From NCBI GenBank assembly GCA_050251415.1, contig JBFWMT010000001.1, positions 15,358 through 79,357 of the forward strand: a DNA stretch of 64,000 bases, written 5' to 3'. The position numbers and the translations under genes are program-made. Shown in pieces: positions 45,192-55,188 of the stretch; position 1 is the stretch's first letter; each line of letters opens with the position of its first letter. The notes below the pieces were generated by a model. The model ran no database searches and was not told the origin of the DNA. It worked only from the letters and a program-made list of their open reading frames with translations. This stretch comes from Anaerotignaceae bacterium. GTDB taxonomy: Bacteria > Bacillota > Clostridia > Lachnospirales > Anaerotignaceae.

Positions 45192-46321
45192 TGAAAATTT
45201 ATGATAAAAATCAGCTTGTAAGTTTAGCAAAACGTGATAATAATACAAAGCGCACATACCTTTTGGTTAACCCTCTTCAAGGCAAGCACATACCTGTTTC
45301 TCCTAAAAATGCTTTTGATGTTTTTAAAGATTTAGCCCAAAGGCTTTATGCGAAATATCCAAATGAAAGACTTCTGCTAATAGGCTTTGCGGAAACTGCA
45401 ACCGCAATTTGTGCAGCAGTTGCAACCTTTGCACCAACAGATATTTATTTTTTACAGACCACACGTGAGTTTTTTCACAACACCGAATTTCTATATTTTT
45501 CCGAAACCCACAGCCATGCTGTGGAGCAAAAACTAGTTAAAACTAATTTCGAAAAGTATTTGAATTCCAGTGACCGAATAATTTTTGTTGAAGATGAAGT
45601 AACCACAGGCAACACCATATTAAATGCCATAAATGCAATTAAAGCAGAATATAAAAACAAACCCCTTAAATTCGGGATTGCGTCCATATTAAACAGTATT
45701 TCTGATGAACGCACTGCCCAGTTTAAGGCTTGTGATATTGAGTTTACATATCTGCTTAGCATTACTGATACAGACTACACAGAGAAACTTGATAATTTTA
45801 ATTTTAACCAAAATGCTCAGCACTCATTTGAAAAAGCTCCGTTTTCCTCCATGACTGAATGGGAAATTGCAAACAAGGCAGACCCTCGCATAGGCACTTT
45901 AAATACTGATTTTATAGATAAATGCAGTTTCCTTGCATCTAAAATTTTAAGTGACCTTGGGTCTAGTGGGAAAAATAAAACCGTACTTGTTTTAGGTTCC
46001 GAAGAATTTATGTTCCCTGCTCTTTTCACTGCAAGGAAAATTGAAGAATACTGCAATTGCTCTGAAGTGAAATTTCATGCAACCACACGCAGTCCTATTT
46101 TACCCAGCGAAGATGATAACTACCCTCTTTTTTCAAGGTATCAGCTTAAAAGCTTATACGATGATGAACGAACTATATATGTATACAACCTAAAAAAATA
46201 TGATAAAGTTATTGTTATACATGATTCGCCAACAACTAATAGTGAAGGTATAAATAGCCTTGTTGCCGCACTTCGTGCTAACCAATGCAACGATATTACA
46301 ATTTATAAGTGGAGTGATTAA
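45191..46321 (+). CDS. Phosphoribosyltransferase-domain protein (PRTase + C-terminal TRSP-like region)
   Basis: PRPP-binding loop IIFVEDEVTTGNT. ATG overlaps the upstream stop (TAATG). Confidence 0.7.
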   Translation: MKIYDKNQLVSLAKRDNNTKRTYLLVNPLQGKHIPVSPKNAFDVFKDLAQRLYAKYPNERLLLIGFAETATAICAAVATFAPTDIYFLQTTREFFHNTEFLYFSETHSHAVEQKLVKTNFEKYLNSSDRIIFVEDEVTTGNTILNAINAIKAEYKNKPLKFGIASILNSISDERTAQFKACDIEFTYLLSITDTDYTEKLDNFNFNQNAQHSFEKAPFSSMTEWEIANKADPRIGTLNTDFIDKCSFLASKILSDLGSSGKNKTVLVLGSEEFMFPALFTARKIEEYCNCSEVKFHATTRSPILPSEDDNYPLFSRYQLKSLYDDERTIYVYNLKKYDKVIVIHDSPTTNSEGINSLVAALRANQCNDITIYKWSD

Positions 46322-47371
46322 ATGCAAAGCTCATATAGTACAAATGATGTAACCCTGTTACTTAAAGATATAACAGGCATGGTAACACCTCTTGAAACAA
46401 AGCAAAGGGAGGCTCTAATACAAAAGGGTACTCACTACTGCGAAATGCTTCCTTTGGAATACCGTCCGTCACCAAAATATATTGAAGCCTACAATATTTC
46501 CCTTGAAAGTTATGCAAATCCCACTGCAAATGCAGTTTGTCAGGTATCGGAAAAAATATATAGGCTTAAAGGGAAAAGTACCGTTATTGTATCTCTTGCC
46601 CGTGCAGGCATACCAATAGGAATCCTTATTAAGCACTATCTTGATAAAAAATATAATCTGTGTGTACCTCATTATTCAATATCCATAATACGGGAACGTG
46701 GAATAGACACAAATGCCATAGATTATATATTAGAACGCCACACCCCCACAGACATACAGTTTGTTGACGGCTGGATTGGCAAGGGTGCTATTCAAAACGA
46801 ATTACGTGAGACACTTAAAGCCTATCCCCAAATCAATTCTGACCTTGCCGTACTTGCAGACCCTGCGAATATAACCGACCTGTGTGGTACCCACGAGGAT
46901 ATTTTAATTCCCAGTTCCTGCCTAAATTCTACGGTTTCGGGTCTTATAAGCCGAACTTTTTTGCGTGATGATATAATATCCCCATCCGATTTCCACGGTG
47001 CGGCATTTTATCCACAATTTAGTAATGAGGATGTATCTTATGAATTTATTAACGCTATAGAAAAACACTTTGATTTTTCCGCAATAGCACAAGACATACC
47101 CCGTGGAGTGTTGGGCATAACTGAGGTTGAAAATATTGCCTCCAATTTTGGCATAAACAATATAAATTTTGTTAAACCAGGCATAGGGGAAGCAACACGA
47201 GTGCTTCTAAGACGTGTACCATGGAAACTGCTTATAGCCCAAAAATGCCAAAACGACCCATTACTGACTCATCTTTTGCATTTAGCGGCCGAAAAAAATG
47301 TGCCAACGGAAGTTTATCCATTGCATAGCTATAAGGCATGTGGAATAATCAAAAATATGGCAGATATTTAA
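46322..47371 (+). CDS. StiP-like protein (PRTase-like N-domain + PELOTA/L7Ae-like C-domain)
   Basis: Motifs VIVSLARAGIPIG and FVDGWIGKGAI. ATG follows the upstream TAA immediately. Confidence 0.55.
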   Translation: MQSSYSTNDVTLLLKDITGMVTPLETKQREALIQKGTHYCEMLPLEYRPSPKYIEAYNISLESYANPTANAVCQVSEKIYRLKGKSTVIVSLARAGIPIGILIKHYLDKKYNLCVPHYSISIIRERGIDTNAIDYILERHTPTDIQFVDGWIGKGAIQNELRETLKAYPQINSDLAVLADPANITDLCGTHEDILIPSSCLNSTVSGLISRTFLRDDIISPSDFHGAAFYPQFSNEDVSYEFINAIEKHFDFSAIAQDIPRGVLGITEVENIASNFGINNINFVKPGIGEATRVLLRRVPWKLLIAQKCQNDPLLTHLLHLAAEKNVPTEVYPLHSYKACGIIKNMADI

Positions 47372-47602
47372 ATATTTTTTTAGTCACTATGCTACTTATT
47401 TAGCCAATATTTTTATTTATATTTTCCTTCATTACTTACTATTTTTTGTAAATATGCTAAATTTTCTTTGTTCCGGGTATGCAATATTCCAAAAAACCTC
47501 ATAATAGTAATAATTTACAGTTTCCTTAAATGTATTGCTTTTTGTGGTAAATCATAATAAAATTTAGTTAGGTAATAAACCTTGCCTAAAGGAGGTAATA
47601 TT

Positions 47603-48097
47603 ATGAAAAAATATATAAGAACTATAGTAATTGCAACTGTTGTTTGCCTTTCACTTGGGCTAATTACAGCCTGCAATAACAAAAAAGAAGAAACCTCTGC
47701 TCCTGTGGCTTCAGCAGAAACTAAAACTGAAACGAAGACTGAAGAAAAAGAAAATAAAGAGGACGTAACAAAGCCTGAAGATTCCACCACTGAACAGACA
47801 ACTGAAAAGGAAAGCCTTGCAGTTGAGCTGGGTAATGACATGGGGCACAATCTTTCTGCCCTTTGGATACGTGCCACAGAAGAAGACGAATGGACGGAAA
47901 TTGCATTGGAGAACAATATTTGGCAAACAGGCTACCTTATTCCAATCAAACTTGAAGCAGAAAGCATACCTAAACCCGAAAATGGGTGGCAGGTAAAGGT
48001 AGAATTCGCTGATGACAATACAACTCATATTTTTGAAAATGTTCTGCTTAACACAAAATCCTCTATTGTGCTTACAGAAGAGGGACCCGTATACTAA
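47603..48097 (+). CDS. Lipoprotein of unknown function
   Basis: Lipobox LITAC. RBS AAAGGAGG lies 7 nt upstream of ATG 47603. Has an acidic linker. Confidence 0.6.
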   Translation: MKKYIRTIVIATVVCLSLGLITACNNKKEETSAPVASAETKTETKTEEKENKEDVTKPEDSTTEQTTEKESLAVELGNDMGHNLSALWIRATEEDEWTEIALENNIWQTGYLIPIKLEAESIPKPENGWQVKVEFADDNTTHIFENVLLNTKSSIVLTEEGPVY

Positions 48098-48104
48098 ATA
48101 CAAA

Positions 48105-48138
48105 AAGACCGTGAGAAATTCAAAACTCCCACGGTCTT
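48105..48138. terminator. Bidirectional terminator between convergent genes
   Basis: aagaccgtg-N16-cacggtctt. Confidence 0.6.
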
Positions 48139-48147
48139 AATCTTTGT

Positions 48148-50604
48148 TTACATTTCTGTTTTCACTGGCTCAATATTCCAAATTTCTTTTGCGTATTCTG
48201 CAATAGTTCTGTCACTGCTGAATTTTCCGCTTTTTGCAGTATTTATAATAGCCATCTTTGCCCATCTTTCTTTATCCTTATAAGCTTTATCCACCTCTGC
48301 CTGAGCTTTAGCGTAGGAAGCAAAATCTGCAAGAACAAAATACTCATCCGCGCGGCTTCCTCCCGTGCCATTAAGTAAAGAGTCATACAATTCCCTGAAC
48401 ATATCCATATTTTGAGAGAAAGCTCCATTAATAAACTGGGTAAGTACAAGCCTTACGTTTTGGTTCAGGTTGTAAATCATCCATGGGTCATAATTCCCTT
48501 CTTCATACTTATCTATTACTTCTTTGGCTTTCATACCGAAAATAAATATGTTATCTTCCCCAACCTCTTCACAAATTTCCACATTAGCACCATCAAGAGT
48601 CCCTACTGTTAACGCTCCGTTTAGCATAAACTTCATGTTACCTGTACCAGACGCCTCCTTACTTGCAGTAGAAATCTGTTCACTTACATCGGCAGCAGGT
48701 ATAAGCTTTTCTGCCAGCGAAACCCGATAGTTCTCCATAAACACAACTTTAATTTTTCCCTTTATGCTCTCGTCTTTATTAATAACCTCTGCCACATTAT
48801 TTATAAGTTTAATAATAAGCTTTGCTTTCCAGTAGCTTGCGGCACTTTTTGCACCAAAAATAAAAGTTCTTGGGGCAATGTCAAGGCTAGGATTATTCTT
48901 TAAGCGATTGTAAAGATCCATGATGTGCATAACATTTAACAACTGTCGCTTATATTCGTGTAGACGCTTTACTTGAATATCAAAAATTGATGTCGGGTCT
49001 ATTTCAATACCATTTGTTTCCTTAATATATTTAGCCAAAGCCTCTTTGTTGCGATGCTTAACCGCCATAAATTCCTTTTGAAATTCAGTGTCCAGGGCAT
49101 AAGGCATCAGTTTTTCAAGCTCTGAAAGATTTGTTGTCCATTTATTTCCAATTTTAGATGTAATTAAATCTGCAAGCTGACTATTTGCATGTAAAAGCCA
49201 TCTTCGCTGGGTTATGCCATTAGTTTTGTTATTGAATTTTTCAGGAAAAAAGTCATAAAAATCCTTCAACTCCTGTTTTTTAAGTATCTCAGTATGCAAT
49301 GCCGCAACACCGTTTACGCTATGACTTCCTGCAATAGCAAGATAGGCCATCCTCACATATCCATCTGCAACAATTGCCATCTTTCTTATTTTGCTACTGT
49401 CATCACCGTATTTTTCCATAAGTTCAATGCAAAAACGTCGATTAATTTCCTCAACTATCTGATAAATACGCGGAAGAAGTTTGCTAAAAAGCTCAATAGG
49501 CCATTTTTCCAGTGCTTCGCTCATAATTGTATGGTTTGTGTAAGCACAAACCTTAGTAGTTATATCCCATGCCTCATCCCATGGCAAGTCATTTTCGTCT
49601 ATAAGCACACGCATAAGCTCCGCAACTGCCACAGTTGGATGGGTGTCATTAAGCTGAAACGCAACTTTTTGCGGCAACAGACTAAAATCTGTATGCATTT
49701 GCTTAAATCGCTGTATAACTCTTTGCACTGTTGCAGAAATAAAGAAATACTGCTGACGAAGGCGAAGTTCCTTGCCTGAATAATGTTCATCTGCAGGATA
49801 AAGCACGTCTGTCAGTGTATGTGCAAGCATTTGCTCCTCAAGTGCTTTTTGATAGTTGCCCTCATTAAAAGACTGTAAATCAAACTTGTTTATAGGCCTT
49901 GCATCCCATAAACGCAGTGTATTAACAGTGTTGTTTCCATAGCCAATAACAGGATAATCGTAAGGTACAGCCAACACTGACTGATAATTTTCCTGTTCAA
50001 AACGGTACTCACCATTTCCCTTTGCCACAGCCTTTACATTCCCACCAAATTTAACCTCCACAGCATATTCGGTACGTCTTATGCTCCATGGGTCACCGTT
50101 TTCAAGCCAGTTGTCGGGCTTTTCAATTTGGTTGCCATCATCAATTTTCTGCTCAAAAATACCATAGTGGTAACGAATACCACAACCATATCCAGGCAAA
50201 CCCATTGTAGAAAGGGAATCCAGAAAGCACGCTGCAAGACGACCCAATCCACCATTGCCAAGGCCTGGGTCAGGCTCTGCCTCTTCAATGCTATTGTAGT
50301 TAATACCAAGTTCTTCAAATGCTTGCTTAACTGGTTCTAAAACCGAAAGATTTATTATGGCATTGCCAAAAAATCTTCCCAGCAAAAATTCCATAGAAAG
50401 ATAATAAACCATTTTCACATCTTTTTCATAATATCCATCGTGGGTTTTAATCCAAATATCGTTTACTAATTCTCGTATTGAGAAAACGGCAGCCTGATAA
50501 ATTTCGTTTTCAGAAGCATTTTCAAGTGTTTTCCTGTAAATAGTTTTAAGGTTTTCTGCAATCATGCTTTTAAATTGGTCTTTAGTAAAATCGAGTCTGT
50601 TCAT
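48148..50604 (-). CDS. glgP: Glycogen/maltodextrin phosphorylase
   Basis: 818 aa. PLP-lysine motif EASGTGNMKFMLNGA and LGNGGLGRLAACFLDS. Confidence 0.95.
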   Translation of the reverse strand: MNRLDFTKDQFKSMIAENLKTIYRKTLENASENEIYQAAVFSIRELVNDIWIKTHDGYYEKDVKMVYYLSMEFLLGRFFGNAIINLSVLEPVKQAFEELGINYNSIEEAEPDPGLGNGGLGRLAACFLDSLSTMGLPGYGCGIRYHYGIFEQKIDDGNQIEKPDNWLENGDPWSIRRTEYAVEVKFGGNVKAVAKGNGEYRFEQENYQSVLAVPYDYPVIGYGNNTVNTLRLWDARPINKFDLQSFNEGNYQKALEEQMLAHTLTDVLYPADEHYSGKELRLRQQYFFISATVQRVIQRFKQMHTDFSLLPQKVAFQLNDTHPTVAVAELMRVLIDENDLPWDEAWDITTKVCAYTNHTIMSEALEKWPIELFSKLLPRIYQIVEEINRRFCIELMEKYGDDSSKIRKMAIVADGYVRMAYLAIAGSHSVNGVAALHTEILKKQELKDFYDFFPEKFNNKTNGITQRRWLLHANSQLADLITSKIGNKWTTNLSELEKLMPYALDTEFQKEFMAVKHRNKEALAKYIKETNGIEIDPTSIFDIQVKRLHEYKRQLLNVMHIMDLYNRLKNNPSLDIAPRTFIFGAKSAASYWKAKLIIKLINNVAEVINKDESIKGKIKVVFMENYRVSLAEKLIPAADVSEQISTASKEASGTGNMKFMLNGALTVGTLDGANVEICEEVGEDNIFIFGMKAKEVIDKYEEGNYDPWMIYNLNQNVRLVLTQFINGAFSQNMDMFRELYDSLLNGTGGSRADEYFVLADFASYAKAQAEVDKAYKDKERWAKMAIINTAKSGKFSSDRTIAEYAKEIWNIEPVKTEM

Positions 50605-50650
50605 ATTACCATCGCCCTTTCATTTGTTCCATATTTTTGAAAACTTATGC

Positions 50651-51220
50651 TTAAAACTTCAGGGCTACGCCCACTGCTGCCGAAATTGCAATATAAAATA
50701 ACGGATGCTTTTTGTATTTATTTGTTAAAAATACAAGTAACGCAAACCAAATTATCTGCTTATATCTAAGAACTTCTGATAGAAGTCCACTGATAGCATA
50801 TGTGTCAAAGTCAAATATTTCCCCGATTATAAGGGTAATAGCAACTGCACCAAGCATACCCGATACTGCGGGGCGCAGGGTTGAAAAAAGATTTTGAACC
50901 ATAACACTTTCAGAAAATTTTTTAAGAAAGTTTGCCACAATTATGATTATAATTATTGATGGTGTAATAAGCCCAAGGGTTGCCACCACCGCACCAATAA
51001 TCCCGTAGTTTTGAAACCCTGCATACGTTGCCATATTTACCCCTATCGGCCCAGGGGTAGATTCTGATATGGCAATCATATCACCAACCATTTTATCTGT
51101 AAACCATGTATATTTATCTGACAGCTTAAAAAGGAATGGAAGCGTTGCCAGTCCTCCTCCTACAGCGAAAAGCCCTACCTTAAAAAATTCAAAATACAAC
51201 AGTAGTAATTCACCTATCAT
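50651..51220 (-). CDS. chrA: Chromate transporter family protein (short-chain CHR, subunit 2)
   Basis: Motif GLFAVGGGLATLPF. 189 aa. Start overlaps the partner gene stop. Confidence 0.8.
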   Translation of the reverse strand: MIGELLLLYFEFFKVGLFAVGGGLATLPFLFKLSDKYTWFTDKMVGDMIAISESTPGPIGVNMATYAGFQNYGIIGAVVATLGLITPSIIIIIIVANFLKKFSESVMVQNLFSTLRPAVSGMLGAVAITLIIGEIFDFDTYAISGLLSEVLRYKQIIWFALLVFLTNKYKKHPLFYIAISAAVGVALKF

Positions 51221-51798
51221 TTTCCCTTCGCCCCCTTTATTGCGGGTAATAAAATACCTATTCCTCCACCAATAATAACAATGATTATAGGTGAAACCTT
51301 AAGGAATAAGGATGCTATTGAAGCTGATATTCCAACTGCAATGCTAAGCTTATCTTTAACTGTAGATTTCCACATTTTAATAACGGTGCTTAAAACCATA
51401 GCCGCAACAGCAACTCTAACTGCCGCAAATGCATTTTGAACAACTGCCATATCCGCAAATGTTGTAAGAAAGGTTGCAATTATAGAAATAATTATAAGGC
51501 TTGGAGTCACAAGCCCAAGGGTTGCAATTATACCGCCTGATATACCTTTCTTTTTATAGCCAATAAAAGTAGCTGTGTTTACAGCAATCACTCCTGGTGT
51601 ACATTGACCAATCGCATAATAATTTAAAAGTTCATCCTCGGCTACCCATTTTTTTTTGTCAACCACCTCTGCTTGCAAAATAGGCAGCATTGTAAGCCCA
51701 CCGCCAAAGGTACAAACGCCTATACGTGCAAAGGTAAAATATAAATCAAATAATAAATTCAAATAAATACGCCCTCTTCTTTGTTTTATGTAAAACAT
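51217..51798 (-). CDS. chrA: Chromate transporter family protein (short-chain CHR, subunit 1)
   Basis: Motif GVCTFGGGLTMLPIL. 193 aa. Confidence 0.8.
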   Translation of the reverse strand: MFYIKQRRGRIYLNLLFDLYFTFARIGVCTFGGGLTMLPILQAEVVDKKKWVAEDELLNYYAIGQCTPGVIAVNTATFIGYKKKGISGGIIATLGLVTPSLIIISIIATFLTTFADMAVVQNAFAAVRVAVAAMVLSTVIKMWKSTVKDKLSIAVGISASIASLFLKVSPIIIVIIGGGIGILLPAIKGAKGK

Positions 51799-51806
51799 TT
51801 AAGATA

Positions 51807-51847
51807 ATGACCTATGAATTATGCAAAATAGGCACCTCATAGGTCAT
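51807..51847 (-). terminator. Hairpin after prfA
   Basis: 11-bp stem atgacctatga/tcataggtcat. Confidence 0.5.
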
Positions 51848-51866
51848 TTTATGTTTAATTTTGCAG

Positions 51867-52940
51867 TTATTCCTCATCCTGACCTTGCATTTTGTTTGCC
51901 TGTTCGTTGGTAATAAGTGGGTCAACAAACACGTCTAAATCGCCATTAAGAACCGCATCAATTCTATAAACACTAAGTTTTATTCTGTGGTCGGTAACAC
52001 GCCCATCAGGGAAATTGTATGTTCTTATCTTGTCACTTCTGTCGCCACTGCCAACCTGTGCTTTTCTTTCTGCTGATATTTCGCTGTCGTGCTTTGCCTG
52101 TTCCAACTCGTATAGCCTTGCAAGCAAAACCTTAAGCCCTTTTTCCTTATTTTTCAGCTGGCTTTTTTCATCCTGACAGCTTACTACAAGACCTGTTGGC
52201 ACATGAGTTATACGCACTGCTGAATCTGTTGTATTTACACACTGACCACCGTTACCAGATGCACGGAAAACGTCAATACGCACATCGTTCATATTAAGGT
52301 TAACATCGACCTCTTCTGCCTCTGGAAGTACTGCGACAGTTACGGCAGAAGTATGTATTCTTCCACCACTTTCTGTCGCAGGCACACGCTGAACCCTATG
52401 CCCGCCTCTTTCAAATTTAAGCCTGCTATATGCACCCTGTCCGCTTATCATGAAAGTGATTTCCTTATACCCTCCAATACCGTTTTCATTGGAGCTTATC
52501 ATTTCCGTTTTCCATTTTTTACCCTCTGCATAGCGTGCATACATTCTAAAAAGTTCCGCTGCAAAAAGTGCCGCCTCATCACCGCCAACACCTGCACGTA
52601 TTTCCATAATAACATTTTTTTCATCATTAGGGTCTCTAGGCAAAAGCAATATCTTTATTTCATGTTTAAGTTCTTCAATTTTTGCTTTGTTTTCATTAAG
52701 CTCTTCCTTCACCATCTGTTTAAAATCGTCGTCAAGGCTTTCTCCAAGCATTTCTATAGCATCTGCAACTGCCTGCTTCGCATCTTTGTACTCTCTGTAT
52801 TTTTCCACAACAGGCGTAATATCGCTGTACTCTTTCATAAGCTTACGCCACTGCGTTTGGTCTGCTATAATATCTGGGTCATTAACTCTGTCGCCCAAAT
52901 CTCTGTATTTCATTTCAAGTTCTTCAATTTTTTCAAACAT
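51867..52940 (-). CDS. prfA: Peptide chain release factor 1
   Basis: GGQ motif (SGNGGQCVN) and PAT-type tripeptide region (RVPATES). Start MFEKIEELE after GAGGT. Confidence 0.95.
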   Translation of the reverse strand: MFEKIEELEMKYRDLGDRVNDPDIIADQTQWRKLMKEYSDITPVVEKYREYKDAKQAVADAIEMLGESLDDDFKQMVKEELNENKAKIEELKHEIKILLLPRDPNDEKNVIMEIRAGVGGDEAALFAAELFRMYARYAEGKKWKTEMISSNENGIGGYKEITFMISGQGAYSRLKFERGGHRVQRVPATESGGRIHTSAVTVAVLPEAEEVDVNLNMNDVRIDVFRASGNGGQCVNTTDSAVRITHVPTGLVVSCQDEKSQLKNKEKGLKVLLARLYELEQAKHDSEISAERKAQVGSGDRSDKIRTYNFPDGRVTDHRIKLSVYRIDAVLNGDLDVFVDPLITNEQANKMQGQDEE

Positions 52941-52953
52941 TTGTTTACCTCGC

Positions 52954-53814
52954 TTACACAATTTTCCCTAATACAACTCTGTCAAGACCCGCAAGGTCTT
53001 TTATAACTTCTATTTTCTCAAATCCCTCTGCCTTAAGTAAATTACTAACTGCAACCCCTTGGTCGTAACCTATTTCAAAAAACATCCATCCCCTTGCAGA
53101 AAGATATTTTTTCCCTTGAGGTATTATCTTTTTATAAAAATCTAAACCGTCATCGCCTCCATCTAAGGCAATCATAGGCTCATAATCCTTTACTTCAGAC
53201 ATAAGACCTTTAATTACGTTTTTCGCTATATAAGGTGGGTTTGACACTATTACATCAAATTGTCCATAATACTCTTCGCCTAATACCTCAAATAGATTGC
53301 TGTTTATAAACTTAATTCTGTCCAAAACTTTGTTTAGTGCCGCATTTTTCTTTGCCACTTCAATGGCATCATCACTTATATCCACCGCAATTGCATTGTT
53401 TATGCCATAATGCAAAAGGCTTATGAGTATGCACCCACTGCCCGTTCCTATATCCATAATACTGTTTATTTCGTTACTTTTTTTATATTCCAGTATCGTT
53501 TCCACCAAAATCTCAGTATCTGACCGTGGAATAAGCACCGCTTGTGACACCAAAAAATCCAGCCCCATAAACTGGCAACTGCCAATAATATACTGAGTTG
53601 GTATTCTTTTGGCTCTTTTATTAACCATATCCCAAAACTCTTCTGCCTCATTGTTATTAAGACAGTAATCGTTTTTGGTAAAAAGCTGAACCTTGGTAAA
53701 TCCTGTTGCTTTCATCATAAAAAGCTTGGCATCTAGTTGATATTCGCCCGCACCTTCATTTTTAAGTTTCTGGCTTGCCTGCACCAACAAATCCTCTAAT
53801 TTATTCTGGCTCAT
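52954..53814 (-). CDS. prmC: Release-factor glutamine N5-methyltransferase
   Basis: SAM motif DIGTGSG and catalytic NPPY. Confidence 0.9.
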   Translation of the reverse strand: MSQNKLEDLLVQASQKLKNEGAGEYQLDAKLFMMKATGFTKVQLFTKNDYCLNNNEAEEFWDMVNKRAKRIPTQYIIGSCQFMGLDFLVSQAVLIPRSDTEILVETILEYKKSNEINSIMDIGTGSGCILISLLHYGINNAIAVDISDDAIEVAKKNAALNKVLDRIKFINSNLFEVLGEEYYGQFDVIVSNPPYIAKNVIKGLMSEVKDYEPMIALDGGDDGLDFYKKIIPQGKKYLSARGWMFFEIGYDQGVAVSNLLKAEGFEKIEVIKDLAGLDRVVLGKIV

Positions 53815-54721
53815 CCTCAAGCACTCCCTTCATTGCAGCAATAGCCGCTTCTATTTGGGAGCCGTCAGGCTCGGCTGTAGTAATCTTTTGCAGACACAGC
53901 CCCGGTGCACTAACAATTGGCACAAGTTTGCTTTCGCTTCTGCCTGCCCACTGTATAATTTCATAAGAAATGCCAGCTACAAACGGAACAAGTATAATTC
54001 TGCTTATAAGCCTTAATACAAGGCTATCTGTACGCACAAAAAAGAAAACAACCATGCTTATTACCATAACTATCAGTAAAAAGCTAGTGCCGCAACGTTT
54101 GTGCAGTCTTGTATGTTTCATTACATTTTCCACAATTAGTTCTTCATCATGTTCAAAGCAATTTATTGTTTTGTGCTCGGCACCATGGTACTGAAAAACT
54201 CTTTTAATTTCATTCATACGTGATATAAGAAATATATAAAGCAAGAATATTGCAATTCTTGCCAATCCCTCAACAATACCCAAAGCCCAATTACCAGGAA
54301 GATAGCTTTTAAAGAAACTACCAATAACTACTGGCAGCAAGAAAAACACTACCACCGAAAAAATAAGACTAAGGCAAACACTGAAATAAATAAGATAATC
54401 CGCAAGCTTATCACCGCACTTATCCTCAAGCCATTTTTCAAACTTTCCCTTTTCTTCTTCTTCTGTTTCTTCTTCAAGGCCGGCAAGCTGCGCCGAACGC
54501 ATTATAATTTTAACGCCCATAATCATAGACTCTATAAAAGCTGCTATTCCTCTGAACACAGGAAATTTAAAAATACCAGCCCTGCTAAATACACTGTCAA
54601 CTTTCTTTTTTTCTACACATATTTCTCCATCAGGCGTGCGCACAGCAAGGGCATACATCTTTTTACCACGCATCATAACGCCCTCAATAACTGCTTGACC
54701 GCCTATGTTAGTTCTTCTCAT
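53801..54721 (-). CDS. DUF1385 (YqhQ-like) membrane protein
   Basis: IGGQAVIEGVMMRG and YHGAEHK motifs. Start ATG 54721 after GGGAGGG. Confidence 0.75.
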   Translation of the reverse strand: MRRTNIGGQAVIEGVMMRGKKMYALAVRTPDGEICVEKKKVDSVFSRAGIFKFPVFRGIAAFIESMIMGVKIIMRSAQLAGLEEETEEEEKGKFEKWLEDKCGDKLADYLIYFSVCLSLIFSVVVFFLLPVVIGSFFKSYLPGNWALGIVEGLARIAIFLLYIFLISRMNEIKRVFQYHGAEHKTINCFEHDEELIVENVMKHTRLHKRCGTSFLLIVMVISMVVFFFVRTDSLVLRLISRIILVPFVAGISYEIIQWAGRSESKLVPIVSAPGLCLQKITTAEPDGSQIEAAIAAMKGVLEDEPE

Positions 54722-54821
54722 TATTTCCCTCCCAACCAAATAAAATCAAGCTTTATGCCTATTTCAAATGGCACAAACTTACATTGTAAAAGTATTTTTT
54801 GCAAATTTTTATGTTTTAAAG

Positions 54822-54858
54822 AAAAAAAAGGGCTGGATAAAATAACATACCCAACCCC
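54822..54858 (-). terminator. Intrinsic terminator of rpmE
   Basis: Minus-strand RNA GGGGUUGGG-loop-CCAGCCC followed by U8. Confidence 0.75.
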
Positions 54859-54871
54859 TTCAGCTTTTATT

Positions 54872-55075
54872 TTATTTTCTGCCGTATTTTTTGTTGAATT
54901 TTTCAACTCTACCGCCTGCTTCAAGTAAAAGCTTCTGGCTGCCTGTGTAGAATGGATGGCATTTTGAGCAAACTTCAACTTTAATTTCGCTTTTTGTTGA
55001 ACCTGTTACAAACTCATTTCCACAGTTACATTTTACAGGGCACTGATGGTACTCTGGATGTATTCCTTCTCTCAT
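54872..55075 (-). CDS. rpmE: 50S ribosomal protein L31 (Zn-binding type)
   Basis: MREGIHPEY..., CNCG ... [10 protein letters not shown]. Start trimmed to ATG 55075 after GAGGTG. Confidence 0.95.
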   Translation of the reverse strand: MREGIHPEYHQCPVKCNCGNEFVTGSTKSEIKVEVCSKCHPFYTGSQKLLLEAGGRVEKFNKKYGRK

Positions 55076-55188
55076 TTTTTTCACCTCTTCTAATAGTCTG
55101 TTGATCAATAATTAATCAATTATTTATAGACAACGTGGACATTATATCACAATATTATTCACGTTGCAATAGCTCATGTTTGAAAAAA

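Noticed and set aside
50651-51798. Two adjacent half-size chrA genes that look like a split or frameshifted transporter.
   Set aside because: Paired short-chain CHR genes with a 4-nt start/stop overlap are a well-known native arrangement (e.g. the B. subtilis ywrA/ywrB type). Both ORFs are intact.
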